DNA of 33,890 nt from contig DATKAL010000194.1 in assembly GCA_035498135.1 (NCBI GenBank), positions 1 through 33,890 on the forward strand, read 5' to 3'. The notes beneath the pieces were generated by a model. It worked only from the letters and a program-made list of their open reading frames with translations. It did not search any database and was not told the origin of the DNA. Shown piece after piece: positions 21,183 through 30,685 of this stretch. A program made the translations under genes and the position numbers. Position 1 is the stretch's first letter. Every line of letters starts with the position of its first letter. This stretch comes from Anaeromyxobacter sp. (GTDB taxonomy: Bacteria > Myxococcota > Myxococcia > Myxococcales > Anaeromyxobacteraceae).

Positions 21183-22567
21183 GCGCCCTGGTCGCCCTGG
21201 TGGGCCGCCCCAACGTGGGGAAGTCGACGCTCTTCAACCGCCTGGCGGGCCGCCGCGTCGCCATCGTCGAGGACGTGCCGGGCGTGACCCGGGACCGGAA
21301 CTACGCCGACCTGGTCTGGGACGGCCGGCTCCTCTCGGTGGTCGACACGGGCGGCTTCGAGCCGGAGTCCCGCGACCAGCTCACCCGACAGGTCCGGCAG
21401 CAGGCCCAGCTGGCGGTGGACGAGGCCGCCGCCGTGGTGCTGGTGGTCGACGGCCGGGCCGGCCCGACCGGGCTCGATCGGTCGGTGGCCGACCTCCTGC
21501 GCCGGGCGGGGAAGCCGCTCTTCGTGGCGGTGAACAAGGTCGACAGCGCCCGCACCGAGGAGGAGATCCCGCTCGCGGAGTTCTACGAGCTCGGGTTCGG
21601 CGAGGTGTACGCGATCTCGGCCGAGCACGGCCGCGGGGTGGGCGAGCTGCTCGAGGCGATCGTGGGCCGGCTGGCCCTGCCCGCCGCCCCCCCGGCGCCC
21701 GCCGAGGAGGAGGAGCCGAGCGAGGTCCAGGAGGCGGACCGGCCCCGGGGCGACGTCCGGCTCGCCATCGTCGGGCGCCCCAACGTGGGCAAGAGCACCT
21801 TCGTGAACGCCCTGCTGGGCGAAGAGCGGTTCGTGGTCTCGGACGTGCCGGGCACGACGCGCGACGCCATCGACTCGGTGGTCGAGCACAAGGGCCAGCG
21901 CTTCGTGGTCACCGACACCGCCGGCATCCGCCGCAAGCGGTCGATCGCCCAGAAGGTCGAGTCCTACTCGGTGGTCCGCGCCATGAAGGCCATCGACGAC
22001 GCCGAGGTGGTGGCCTGCCTCCTCGACGCCGTCGAGGCCGGGGTGGAGCAGGACGCCCGCCTGCTCGGCCTGGTGGCCGAGAAGGGCAAGGCCCTGGTGG
22101 TGGTGGTGAACAAGTGGGACGTGGCCGAGCGCGAGGGGGCGACCCAGGACTGGTACCGCAAGGAGCTCCTGAAGCGCCTCCCCTTCGTCGGCTTCGCGCC
22201 CATGGTCTTCGTCTCCGCCAAGGAGCGGCGCGGGGTCACCCGGGTGCTCGACAAGGCCGCTCGCCTGGTGGAGCAGTACCGGGCCCGGTTCCCCACCCCC
22301 CAGCTCAACGAGCTCCTGGAGGCGGTCCAGGACGAGCACCCCGCGCCCATCTCCCGGGGCCACCGCGTGAAGCTCTACTACGTGGCCCAGGTCGCCTACG
22401 CCCCGCCCACCTTCGTCATCCAGACCAACTACCCCGAGGGGATGACCGAGCACTACCGGCGCTACCTCGAGAACCGGTTCCGGGCGGCGTTCGGACTGGA
22501 GGTTCCGATGCGGCTCGTCTTCCGGGAGCGCCAGCGGCGGATCCGCCCCCCGCGCGGCGGGCGCTAG
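21179..22567 (+). CDS. der: Ribosome biogenesis GTPase Der (EngA)
   Basis: Two tandem G domains (GRPNVGKST x2, GVTRD/GTTRD, DTGG/DTAG, NKVD/NKWD) and a KH-like C-terminus (PPTFV). Confidence 0.98.
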   Translation: MSALVALVGRPNVGKSTLFNRLAGRRVAIVEDVPGVTRDRNYADLVWDGRLLSVVDTGGFEPESRDQLTRQVRQQAQLAVDEAAAVVLVVDGRAGPTGLDRSVADLLRRAGKPLFVAVNKVDSARTEEEIPLAEFYELGFGEVYAISAEHGRGVGELLEAIVGRLALPAAPPAPAEEEEPSEVQEADRPRGDVRLAIVGRPNVGKSTFVNALLGEERFVVSDVPGTTRDAIDSVVEHKGQRFVVTDTAGIRRKRSIAQKVESYSVVRAMKAIDDAEVVACLLDAVEAGVEQDARLLGLVAEKGKALVVVVNKWDVAEREGATQDWYRKELLKRLPFVGFAPMVFVSAKERRGVTRVLDKAARLVEQYRARFPTPQLNELLEAVQDEHPAPISRGHRVKLYYVAQVAYAPPTFVIQTNYPEGMTEHYRRYLENRFRAAFGLEVPMRLVFRERQRRIRPPRGGR

Positions 22568-22597
22568 GGACCGGGCCGCCGGGCGGCCGCCTTTCGC

Positions 22598-22627
22598 TTG
22601 ACGGGCTCTCCGCTCCCCGCCTAGATT
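22598..22627 (+). promoter_or_regulatory. Putative promoter of the yfgM/bamB-like unit
   Basis: TTGACG(22598-22603)-18 nt-TAGATT(22622-22627). Confidence 0.55.
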
Positions 22628-22675
22628 GGCCCGGATTTTCTGCGGATTTCCGCGAGCCACGCCTCGAGAGGTGCC

Positions 22676-23404
22676 ATGTCGAAGAGCACGGTGATCACCC
22701 GGAAGGACATGAAGGAGCCCGACTCCTTCCAGACGGCGGCCTCGCAGGCCGCGAGCTGGCTCGCCTCCCGGAAGAAGCACGTGGTCGTGGCCGGCGCCGC
22801 CGTGGTGGCGGCCCTCCTCCTGATCGCGGCGCTCTCGTCGATCCGGGCGCGGCGCGAGGAGCGCGCCGGGGCGGCCACCGCCGCCCTCCTCACGGTCATC
22901 GGGGGCGAGGTGTCGAGCACGCCCGTCCCCGGCCTGCCGGGCCCGACCTTCCCCACCGAGGAGGCCCGCCAGACCGCGATCCTCCAGGAGGCCGAGAAGG
23001 TGATCGCGGAGTTCTCCGGGGCTCCCGCGGCCGAGATGGCCCGGCTGGCCAAGGCCGACGCGCAGCTCCGGCTCCACAGGTGGGACGCCGCCCAGGCGAG
23101 CTACGAGCAGTACCTGTCCGGCGCCCCCAAGGACGACTCCCTCCGCTTCGGGGCGCTCCAGGGGCTGGCCCTGGTCGCCGAGGGGAAGGGCGACCTGGCC
23201 GGCGCGGCCAAGGCCTACGAGCGGCTGGCGAGCGAGGCGCCCCGGTTCGCGGACCGGGCCGACCTCGAGCGCGCCCGGGTGCTCGCCCAGGCGGGCAAGA
23301 CGGCCGAGGCCAAGGAGCTCCTGGCCGCCTACCCCGACCGCCACAAGGAGTCGTTCCTCACGCCGGAGGCGGCGGATCGCCTCACCAAGCTCGGCGGGAA
23401 GTAG
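22676..23404 (+). CDS. YfgM-like membrane-anchored TPR protein
   Basis: ITRKDMKEPDSF N-terminus, one TM helix, TPR-like helices; adjacent to der and a PQQ-repeat gene. Confidence 0.82.
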   Translation: MSKSTVITRKDMKEPDSFQTAASQAASWLASRKKHVVVAGAAVVAALLLIAALSSIRARREERAGAATAALLTVIGGEVSSTPVPGLPGPTFPTEEARQTAILQEAEKVIAEFSGAPAAEMARLAKADAQLRLHRWDAAQASYEQYLSGAPKDDSLRFGALQGLALVAEGKGDLAGAAKAYERLASEAPRFADRADLERARVLAQAGKTAEAKELLAAYPDRHKESFLTPEAADRLTKLGGK

Positions 23405-24517
23405 ATGGGCGCGCTCGCCCTCGCGGTCCTGCTGGCCGCCGGCCCGCCGGCGCCCCGCACGCCGGCCGGCCTCGAGACCCGGCTCGCGCCCGCGCCGGTC
23501 GACCTCTACACCATCCTCTGGCACCACCTCTTCGAGGGCCCGGCCGATCCGCTGGCCGGCGAGCCGATCGAGCCGGGAGGGGCGAGCGTCGATCCGGCCA
23601 GCGGGCTGGTGGTGGTCGGCACACGCGACGGCTGGCTGCACGCGATCGGCCCGGACGGCCGGGTCGCCTGGGAGCTCCGCGCCGAGGGCGGGTTCTCCGC
23701 CCCGCCGGCCATCGACGGCGACGCCGTCTACGCCGGCTCGAGCGACGGCAGCCTCTACGCGGTCGAGCTCAAGACGGGGAAGGTGCGCTGGCGCTACCAG
23801 GCCAAGGAGGAGCTGGGGACGCGGCCGGCGGTGGCCGGGGGCACGGTGTTCGTGGCCAGCCTCGCCGACACCCTCTACGCCGTGGACGCGCGGACCGGGG
23901 CCTGGAAGTGGCATCACCGGCGCGAGCCCCGGGGCGGCTTCACCATCCGCGGCGCCGCCTGGCCGCAAGCGGGGGACGGCACGGTCTACGCCGGGTACTC
24001 GGACGGCTTCGTGGCCGCGCTCGATCCCGACACCGGGCAGGTTCGCTGGGAGCGCCAGGTGGCCCCGCCGGGCGACCACCTCGACGTGGACGCCCTGGTG
24101 CTGGACGGGACCCGGCTCTACGCGGCCGCCTTCTCGGGGGCGGTCCTGGCGCTGGAGGCCTCGACCGGCGAGACCGTCTGGCAGTTCAAGGCCCCGGGCG
24201 CCTGCCGGCTCGCGGTCGGTCGCGGGCTGGTGGTGGCGGTGACCCCGAACGGCGTCTACGGCCTCGCCGCCGGCGGCGGCCAGGCGGCCTGGAGCGCGCC
24301 GCTCGGCGGGGCACCGGGTGGGAACCCGGTGATGGCGGGCAAGTGGGTGCTGGTCCCGGCCATCGAGGGCGGGCTGCGCTTCATCGAGGCGGCCAGCGGG
24401 CGCACCCTGCGCGTGCTCGATCCGGGCACCGGCGTGACCGCCACGCCGGGCGTCGGCGGAGGGCGCGTGTACGTCATCTCCAACGGCGGCGACCTCTTCG
24501 CGCTCGAGCTCTCGTGA
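23405..24517 (+). CDS. PQQ-like beta-propeller protein (BamB/YfgL-like)
   Basis: Repeated LYAVxxxTGxxxW blades; N-terminal hydrophobic signal without a lipobox Cys. Confidence 0.85.
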   Translation: MGALALAVLLAAGPPAPRTPAGLETRLAPAPVDLYTILWHHLFEGPADPLAGEPIEPGGASVDPASGLVVVGTRDGWLHAIGPDGRVAWELRAEGGFSAPPAIDGDAVYAGSSDGSLYAVELKTGKVRWRYQAKEELGTRPAVAGGTVFVASLADTLYAVDARTGAWKWHHRREPRGGFTIRGAAWPQAGDGTVYAGYSDGFVAALDPDTGQVRWERQVAPPGDHLDVDALVLDGTRLYAAAFSGAVLALEASTGETVWQFKAPGACRLAVGRGLVVAVTPNGVYGLAAGGGQAAWSAPLGGAPGGNPVMAGKWVLVPAIEGGLRFIEAASGRTLRVLDPGTGVTATPGVGGGRVYVISNGGDLFALELS

Positions 24518-25470
24518 GGCGGATCCGGGTCGTGGCGGCGGTCGTCCGCAGGGGCGACGCCATCCTGATCACCCGGCGGCTCGACCGGGCGGAGCGGGCC
24601 GGACAGTGGGAGTTCCCGGGGGGCAAGGTGGAGCGCGGAGAGGCCGAGGCCGAGGCGCTCCGGCGGGAGATCCAGGAGGAGCTCGGCTGCCCGCTGGAGG
24701 TCGGCCGGCTGCTCCTCCGCCACCGGCACCGGTACCCGGAGCTGGAGGTCGAGCTCGCCTTCTACGCCGGGACCCTGGCCCCGGGGACCGAGCCCGCGCC
24801 GCTCGGCGTGGCGGAGATCGCCTGGGCCCGGGTCGGGACGCTGGCGGAGCGCGACTTCCTCGAGGCGGACCGGGCGGTGCTGGGCGAGCTGGAGCGGGCG
24901 AGCGGTCCCGGGGGCGAGGGGGCGGAGGCCGGCGGCCTGGGCCCGGTCCTGCTGCTCCCCGGCCTGTTCGACTCGGGCCCCGGGCACTGGCAGACCCTCT
25001 GGATGCAGGGGCGTCCCGGCCTCCGGCGGGTGGAGCAGGACGACTGGGAGGCGCCGCGCCTCGGGGACTGGGTCGCCCGCCTCGACGAGGCGGTGCGGGA
25101 GGTCGGGTCGCAGGCGCTGCTGGCCGCGCACAGCGCCGGCTGCGGGCTGGTCGCGCACTGGGCCCGCGCCCACCCGCGCCCGATCCGCGGGGCGCTCCTG
25201 GTCGCGCCCTCGGACGCCGAGGCGCCCTCTTACCCGAAGGGCCCGACCGGCTTCGCCCCCATGCCGCTCCTCCGGCTCCCGTTCCCGAGCACGGTGGTGG
25301 CGAGCGGCGACGACCCCTACGTCTCGCTGGCGCGGGCCCGGGAGTTCGCCGCGGCCTGGGGCAGCCGGCTGGTCGAGCTCGGCGCGGCCGGCCACGTCAA
25401 CACGGCCAGCGGGCACGGCCCCTGGCCGGAAGGGCTGGTGCTCCTCGGCGAGCTCGCCACCCGGACCTGA
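24514..25470 (+). CDS. Fusion of MutT/NudG-like Nudix hydrolase and YdeN/RBBP9-family alpha/beta hydrolase
   Basis: GTG start overlaps the upstream stop (GTGA). Nudix box WEFPGGKVERGEAEAEALRREIQEELG, a Gly linker, then LLPGLFDSGPGHWQ, AHSAGC, SGDDPY and AGHVN. Confidence 0.85.
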   Translation: MRRIRVVAAVVRRGDAILITRRLDRAERAGQWEFPGGKVERGEAEAEALRREIQEELGCPLEVGRLLLRHRHRYPELEVELAFYAGTLAPGTEPAPLGVAEIAWARVGTLAERDFLEADRAVLGELERASGPGGEGAEAGGLGPVLLLPGLFDSGPGHWQTLWMQGRPGLRRVEQDDWEAPRLGDWVARLDEAVREVGSQALLAAHSAGCGLVAHWARAHPRPIRGALLVAPSDAEAPSYPKGPTGFAPMPLLRLPFPSTVVASGDDPYVSLARAREFAAAWGSRLVELGAAGHVNTASGHGPWPEGLVLLGELATRT

Positions 25471-26058
25471 TCAGCGCGGGTGGTGCTTGCGCTTGGGGCG
25501 CGGCTCGGGGGCCGGAGGCGTGCCGGTGGCCCTGAGCGCCAGCGCCACCGGGGAGTATGCCGCGCCCTGGGCGTCGTGGACCTCGCGGACCGACGCCCCG
25601 TCCACCCGGAGGGTGAAGCGGCTCCCAGGCGGGAGGGGGGCGGTCGGCGCCAGCGTGAGCCGGGTGGTGTCGCCGATCTCCGTGGCTGCCGAGGCGGGCA
25701 CGAGCGCCTCCTGCCCGTCGAGCAGGATCAGGCGGGCGTCCCGGATCGCGCCCGCCAGCTCGATCCGGAAGGTGGCCGCCGGATCGACGGAGGTCTCGCC
25801 GTCGCGGACGAGCGGCCGCGAGATCCCGCCCGGCTCCAGCGCCACGGCTTCGCGGAGGGGGAGGGGAAGCGGCGCGACGGGGGCGGGCGGGGCCGCCGGG
25901 GGGCCGGTGGGCGCGCCGCCTGACGGGGATCCGGTGACGGGGTAGGGAGCCGGGGTGGGTGGGACGGGAGGCGGCCCGGAGGGCGCGGTGGGTGCGCCGG
26001 CCGGAGGAGCGTCCAGGCAGGCGAGGAGGAGGACGAGGGCGAGGAGGAGTCGTCGCAT
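25471..26058 (-). CDS. Putative lipoprotein with Pro-rich linker and Ig-like domain
   Basis: MRRLLLALVLLLAC lipobox; LTLAPTAPLPPGSRFTLRV resembles a bacterial Ig-like (Big_5) motif. Confidence 0.75.
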   Translation of the reverse strand: MRRLLLALVLLLACLDAPPAGAPTAPSGPPPVPPTPAPYPVTGSPSGGAPTGPPAAPPAPVAPLPLPLREAVALEPGGISRPLVRDGETSVDPAATFRIELAGAIRDARLILLDGQEALVPASAATEIGDTTRLTLAPTAPLPPGSRFTLRVDGASVREVHDAQGAAYSPVALALRATGTPPAPEPRPKRKHHPR

Positions 26059-26106
26059 CGAGGCGACCGTAGCACGGGGCGGGGCGCAGCCCACCGGAGC
26101 GCGCGC

Positions 26107-27237
26107 TCAGCCTGCCAGGGCGCGACCCATGCGGGCGAGGGCCGCGTCCAGCGTCGCCCGCGTGCACCCGAAGTTGAGCCGGACGAAGCCGCGGTAGCGC
26201 TCGTCGAGGCCGAAGTCCACCCCGGCGGAGAGGCCCACGCCCGCCTCCTCGAAGAGGCGGTGCGGGTCCGGGGCGCCGGTCTCTCGCGCGTCGAGCCAGG
26301 CGAGGTAGGTGGCCTCGACCGGCGTCGTGCGGACCCCCCTCATCCCGGCCAGCGCCTCCAGGACTCGGCCGCGGTTGCCCCTCAGGTGGTCGAGGAGCGC
26401 CCGGTGCCACTCGCCGCCGTGGCGGAGAGCCGCCTCGCAGGCGACCAGGCCGAGCACGTTCACGTGGGGGACGATGCCGCGCATGGCCCGCCGGAAGCGG
26501 GTGCGCAGGGGGGCGTCCGGGATCACGGCGAAGGCGCAGCCGAGGCCGGGGAGGTTGAAGGTCTTGGAGGGGGCCATGAGGGTGATCGTGCGGGCGGCGA
26601 CCGCGGCGTCGAGGCAGGCGAAGGGCAGGTGCCGGCGGCCCGGCTCGAGCACCAGCCCGGCGTGGATCTCGTCCGAGCAGACCACGAGCCCGTGCCGCTC
26701 GGCCAGGCGCGCGATCGCCAGGAGCTCCGCCTCCTCCCAGGCGCGCCCCACCGGGTTGTGCGGGTGGCAGAGCAGGAAGAGGCGCGCGTCCGGCGCGAGG
26801 GCGCCCTCGACCGCCTGCAGGTCCCACTCCCAGCGCGACTCCCCGCGCCGGAGCGGAGCCGTGAGGACGCGCTCCGGCGCGTCCAGGAAGGGTGGGTAGA
26901 CGGGCGTGGCCGTGAAGGCGGCGCCGCCCGCCACCCGGCAGGCCACGTTGAGCCCGGTGACGAGGCCCGGCAGCCAGACGATCCACCCCGGTTCGACCTC
27001 CCAGCGGTACTCCCCGTGCAGGTGCTCGCGGACCGCCTCCACCAGCGAGGGCCACGGCTCGCCGTAGCCGAGGACGCCGTGGTCCACCCGGCGGTGGAGG
27101 GCGTCGAGCACGGCCTGGGGAGCGGGGAAGTCCATGTCCGCCACCCAGAGCGGAAGGACGTCGCGCCCGGCGTAGCGGTTCCACTTGACGGAGTCGCCAC
27201 CGCGGCGGTCGGGCGCTTGCTCGAAGTCGAAGGCCAT
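26107..27237 (-). CDS. MalY/PatB-family PLP-dependent C-S lyase
   Basis: DSVKW, LPLWVADMDF, LCHPHNPVGR, SDEIH, APSKTFNL, FVRLNFGC; start at MAFDF. Confidence 0.93.
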   Translation of the reverse strand: MAFDFEQAPDRRGGDSVKWNRYAGRDVLPLWVADMDFPAPQAVLDALHRRVDHGVLGYGEPWPSLVEAVREHLHGEYRWEVEPGWIVWLPGLVTGLNVACRVAGGAAFTATPVYPPFLDAPERVLTAPLRRGESRWEWDLQAVEGALAPDARLFLLCHPHNPVGRAWEEAELLAIARLAERHGLVVCSDEIHAGLVLEPGRRHLPFACLDAAVAARTITLMAPSKTFNLPGLGCAFAVIPDAPLRTRFRRAMRGIVPHVNVLGLVACEAALRHGGEWHRALLDHLRGNRGRVLEALAGMRGVRTTPVEATYLAWLDARETGAPDPHRLFEEAGVGLSAGVDFGLDERYRGFVRLNFGCTRATLDAALARMGRALAG

Positions 27238-27518
27238 CGCGGGAGAGCAGTAGCACGGCGGGCGGCGCCCGTCCCACGTCACGCGGTCGGGCGCGGGAGG
27301 GGCGCGGAACGCTTCCTTGCACCCCATACTCGCCGTGTCACGTCCACCCGGCGTGGACACCTACCGTCTCGGCTCCGCCCAGCTCGGGACGGCGAAGCGA
27401 CAAGCGAACGCCCCCGCCCGCGCCCACTCCCGGGGGCAGCGTTGGCAGCGCGCGGGTGGGAGGGTTCGCGCAGCGAGGCCGCCCGGCGGCCGTCGCGATC
27501 GAAGGGGAGGTTGCGCTC

Positions 27519-29255
27519 ATGCCAGGATGGAATCCGCTCGTCCACCAGCCGCCGTTCCAGGCGGGGACGATGCTGCTGCTCACCGACGGGACCGTGCTCT
27601 GCCAGGACGAGGGGCCGAGCAACGGCGGCACGCCCGACTGGTGGAAGCTCACGCCGGACGCGTTCGGCAGCTACGTCAACGGGACGTGGCAGCAGGTCGC
27701 CTCCGGGCCGAATGCTCCGCTGTACTACGCCTCGGCGATCCTGCGGGACGGCCGGGTCTTCGTGGCCGGCGGCGAGTACAACGCCGGCGCCCAGGTCGAC
27801 CTGCTGGCCGCGGAGATCTACGACCCGGTGACCAACGCCTGGAGCAACATCGGGACCCCCGCCGGGTGGACCAACGTGGGCGACGCGCCCTGCTGCGTGT
27901 TGCCGGACGGCCGGGTGCTGCTGGGCTCCATCAAGGACACGCGCACCGCGTTCTACGACCCGGGGCTCAACTCCTGGACCCCCGGACCGACCAAGGCCGA
28001 CTCCAGCTCGGAGGAGACCTGGACCCTGCTGCCGGACGGGACGGTGATCGACGCCGAGTGCTCCAACCACCCGCACGCGGAGAAGTACCTCCCGACCACC
28101 AACCACTGGGTGACGGCGAGCTCCGTCCCGTCGGCCCACGACCTGGTCCAGTCCTCGGTGGGATCGACCAACGAGATCGGCCCGGCGATCCTGCTGCCGG
28201 ACGGCCGCGTCTTCGCCATCGGGGCGAGCGGGCACACCGCCTTCTACCACCCGCCGGCGCACCCCAGCCAGCCGGGGAGCTGGCACCCCGGGCCGGACTT
28301 CCCGAAGGACGGGAGCGGCAACGTTCTGCGGGCCTTCGACGCGCCGGCCTGCCTGCTGCCGAGCGGGCGGGTGTTCTGCGTCGCCGGATCCCCGAAGGCG
28401 GACGGGTGGGCGGGACCCTGCTCCTTCTTCGAGTTCGACGGCACCACCTTCCACCCGGCGGCGAGCCCGCCCACCGGCTCGGTCGAGACCTGGCAGGTAC
28501 GCATGCTCCTGCTGCCCACCGGGGAGGTGCTGTTCTCCAACGGGACCGGGGACATCCGGGTCTACGAGCACGCCGGCCACCCGGAGCACCACTGGCTGCC
28601 GCGCATCGTCCACTGCCCGACCCACCTGCGGCCGGGCCACGACTACACGCTCCACGGCCGCCAGATCAACGGGCTCTCCCAGGCCAACAGCTACGGTGAC
28701 GACGCCTCGATGGCCACCAACTACCCGCTGGTCCGGATCCGCAACGAGCACACCGGCCACGTCTACTACTGCCGGACGCACGGCTTCTCCACCATGGCGG
28801 TGGCCACCGGGATGGCGGTCCACTCGACGCGCTTCGACGTCCCCGCCGGGATCCCGCTCGGCCGCTACGAGCTGGTGGTGATCGCCAACGGCATCCACTC
28901 GGAGGAGCTGCGGGTCCACGTCACGGAGCACGTGCCCCGCGAGCGCCGGTTCGAGGAGGAGGAGGAGGAGGAGGTCGAGGTGCGGTTCGCCGTGCGCATG
29001 GGTGAGTCGTCCTCGCTGGCGATCGACCTGCGGTCCGGTCGCGCCGAGGAGCTGACGGGGCGCGACGACGACTTCGGCCGGCGCCGCCGGGAGCCGGAGC
29101 TGCGCCGCGAGGCCTGGGAGGACTTCGGGCGCATGGAGGCCCGCGAGGAGCACCGCAACGGCCACCGGGAGCACGAGGAGGAGAAGGAGCTGCACCACCC
29201 GGCGGCAAGCAAGGCGGCCACCCGCCGCTCGCACGGGAAGCACGCCAAGGCCTGA
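27519..29255 (+). CDS. Kelch/galactose-oxidase-like beta-propeller protein with charged C-terminal tail
   Basis: GGGGAGG RBS; repeated LLPDGRV blades, AGGEY, AEIYDP..NxW; Ig-like C-domain; E/R/H-rich tail. Confidence 0.82.
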   Translation: MPGWNPLVHQPPFQAGTMLLLTDGTVLCQDEGPSNGGTPDWWKLTPDAFGSYVNGTWQQVASGPNAPLYYASAILRDGRVFVAGGEYNAGAQVDLLAAEIYDPVTNAWSNIGTPAGWTNVGDAPCCVLPDGRVLLGSIKDTRTAFYDPGLNSWTPGPTKADSSSEETWTLLPDGTVIDAECSNHPHAEKYLPTTNHWVTASSVPSAHDLVQSSVGSTNEIGPAILLPDGRVFAIGASGHTAFYHPPAHPSQPGSWHPGPDFPKDGSGNVLRAFDAPACLLPSGRVFCVAGSPKADGWAGPCSFFEFDGTTFHPAASPPTGSVETWQVRMLLLPTGEVLFSNGTGDIRVYEHAGHPEHHWLPRIVHCPTHLRPGHDYTLHGRQINGLSQANSYGDDASMATNYPLVRIRNEHTGHVYYCRTHGFSTMAVATGMAVHSTRFDVPAGIPLGRYELVVIANGIHSEELRVHVTEHVPRERRFEEEEEEEVEVRFAVRMGESSSLAIDLRSGRAEELTGRDDDFGRRRREPELRREAWEDFGRMEAREEHRNGHREHEEEKELHHPAASKAATRRSHGKHAKA

Positions 29256-29270
29256 AGCGGGGCCGGAGGG

Positions 29271-29327
29271 GGACAGGGCGCCCCCGCGGCGGCGAGGGCC
29301 GTCGCGGGGGCGCTCGTGTCCTGTTTT
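29271..29327 (+). terminator. Intrinsic terminator after the kelch gene
   Basis: Long stem GGACA-GGGCGCCCCCGCGGCGGC/GCCGTCGCGGGGGCGCTC-TGTCC followed by TGTTTT. Confidence 0.75.
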
Positions 29328-29503
29328 CGCGAAGATGGGCGCGCGGTGCCCGACGCCTGCTCCGCCCCGCCGCCCGGCTCGCTCGGCGATCGAAGGGGTG
29401 AGCGGCGGTTGGGTATGCCAGGAACGGTCGCGACCCTTATGCGTCATGCGGCCCACGCGCAGGAGCGTGGTCCGGGTGAGAAGCACCAGGGGAGCGCATC
29501 GCG

Positions 29504-30685
29504 ATGCGGTTCCGGTTCGGAGCGTACGAGCTCGACGTCGCGGGCCGGGAGCTGCGCTTCGCGGGCGAGGTGCGGCCCGTGCAGCCGCAGGTCTTCGCCT
29601 TGCTCGCCTATCTCGTCCGCCACCGCGATCGGGTGATCGCGAAGGAGGAGCTGCTCCGGCAGCTCTGGCCCGACGCGGTCGTCACCGACGCCTCGCTCCA
29701 GCGGGCCGTGAGCCTCGCGCGGCGGGCGCTCCGTCCGGCGGACCGGGGGCTCCTGCGCACGCACCCGAGGGTCGGATATCGCTTCGTGGGAGAGGTGATC
29801 GCCTCCGACGGCGACGAGGAGGCCGCGGCGCCCAGGGGGCCTCCGAGGTACGCGACGTGCGGGGGCGTACACCTTGCGTACCGGATCCTCGGGGGCGGAC
29901 CGGTCGACGTGGTCTTCGTGCTCGGCTGGGCCCTCGGCATGGAGTCGGCCCTCCAGCTCGCAGGCGTGGCCGAGCTCGTCGCGGCGCTCTCGGGGCGAGC
30001 CCGGGTCGTCCTGTTCGACAAGCGCGGGACCGGCGCGAGCGACCGGGTGAAGGCGCTGCCCCGGCTCGCCGAGCGCGCCGACGACCTCGGGGCGCTCCTC
30101 GACGCGGTGAGGTCGCCGGGCGCCATCCTGGTCGGGTTCTCGGAGGGCGGGCCGCTGGCGGTGGCGTTCGCGGCCACCCGGCCCTGGCGCGTGCGCGCCC
30201 TCGCCCTGGTCGGCGCGTTCGCGCGCATGGCGGCCTCCCCGGACCACCCGGACGGCTGGAGCGACGCGGGGCTCGCGTCGCTCCGGGCGTACATCCAGGC
30301 CTCGTGGGGCTCCGGCGCCACGATGCGGGCGCTCGTTCCCGAGCGCCACCTCACCGAGGCCCTCCGCGGGTGGGCGGCGCGCGCCGAGCAGGCGGGGGCG
30401 AGCCCGGGCGCGGCGCTCGACCTGCTCGAGATGAACCTCGACCTCGACGTCCGGCCCCTGGCGCGGCGCGTGCAGGCGCCGGCCGTGGTCCTGCACGCGA
30501 CGGGCGACCGCGTCGTCCGCGCCGGGAACGGGCGGGCGCTGGCGGCCGCGATCCCGGGTGCCCGCCTCGTCGAGGTGCCGGGCGACGATCACGCCTTCCT
30601 GTTCGGCGGCCAGCCCCGGCTCGAGCGCGAGCTCATGGCGCTGATCGAGCGGACGACGGCGCTCGGGGACGCCGCGCTCACCTGA
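29504..30685 (+). CDS. Winged-helix (OmpR/PhoB/CadC-type DNA-binding domain) plus alpha/beta hydrolase fusion regulator
   Basis: FRFGAYELD...PQVFALLAYLV...KEELLRQLW...LRTHPRVGYRF, followed by FDKRGTGASD, GFSEGG, LHATGD, GDDH. Confidence 0.9.
   Translation: MRFRFGAYELDVAGRELRFAGEVRPVQPQVFALLAYLVRHRDRVIAKEELLRQLWPDAVVTDASLQRAVSLARRALRPADRGLLRTHPRVGYRFVGEVIASDGDEEAAAPRGPPRYATCGGVHLAYRILGGGPVDVVFVLGWALGMESALQLAGVAELVAALSGRARVVLFDKRGTGASDRVKALPRLAERADDLGALLDAVRSPGAILVGFSEGGPLAVAFAATRPWRVRALALVGAFARMAASPDHPDGWSDAGLASLRAYIQASWGSGATMRALVPERHLTEALRGWAARAEQAGASPGAALDLLEMNLDLDVRPLARRVQAPAVVLHATGDRVVRAGNGRALAAAIPGARLVEVPGDDHAFLFGGQPRLERELMALIERTTALGDAALT

Noticed and set aside
29415-29636. ORF starting at the second ATGCCAGGA repeat copy
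   Set aside because: Overlaps the regulator out of frame, with poor codon pattern and no recognisable protein features.
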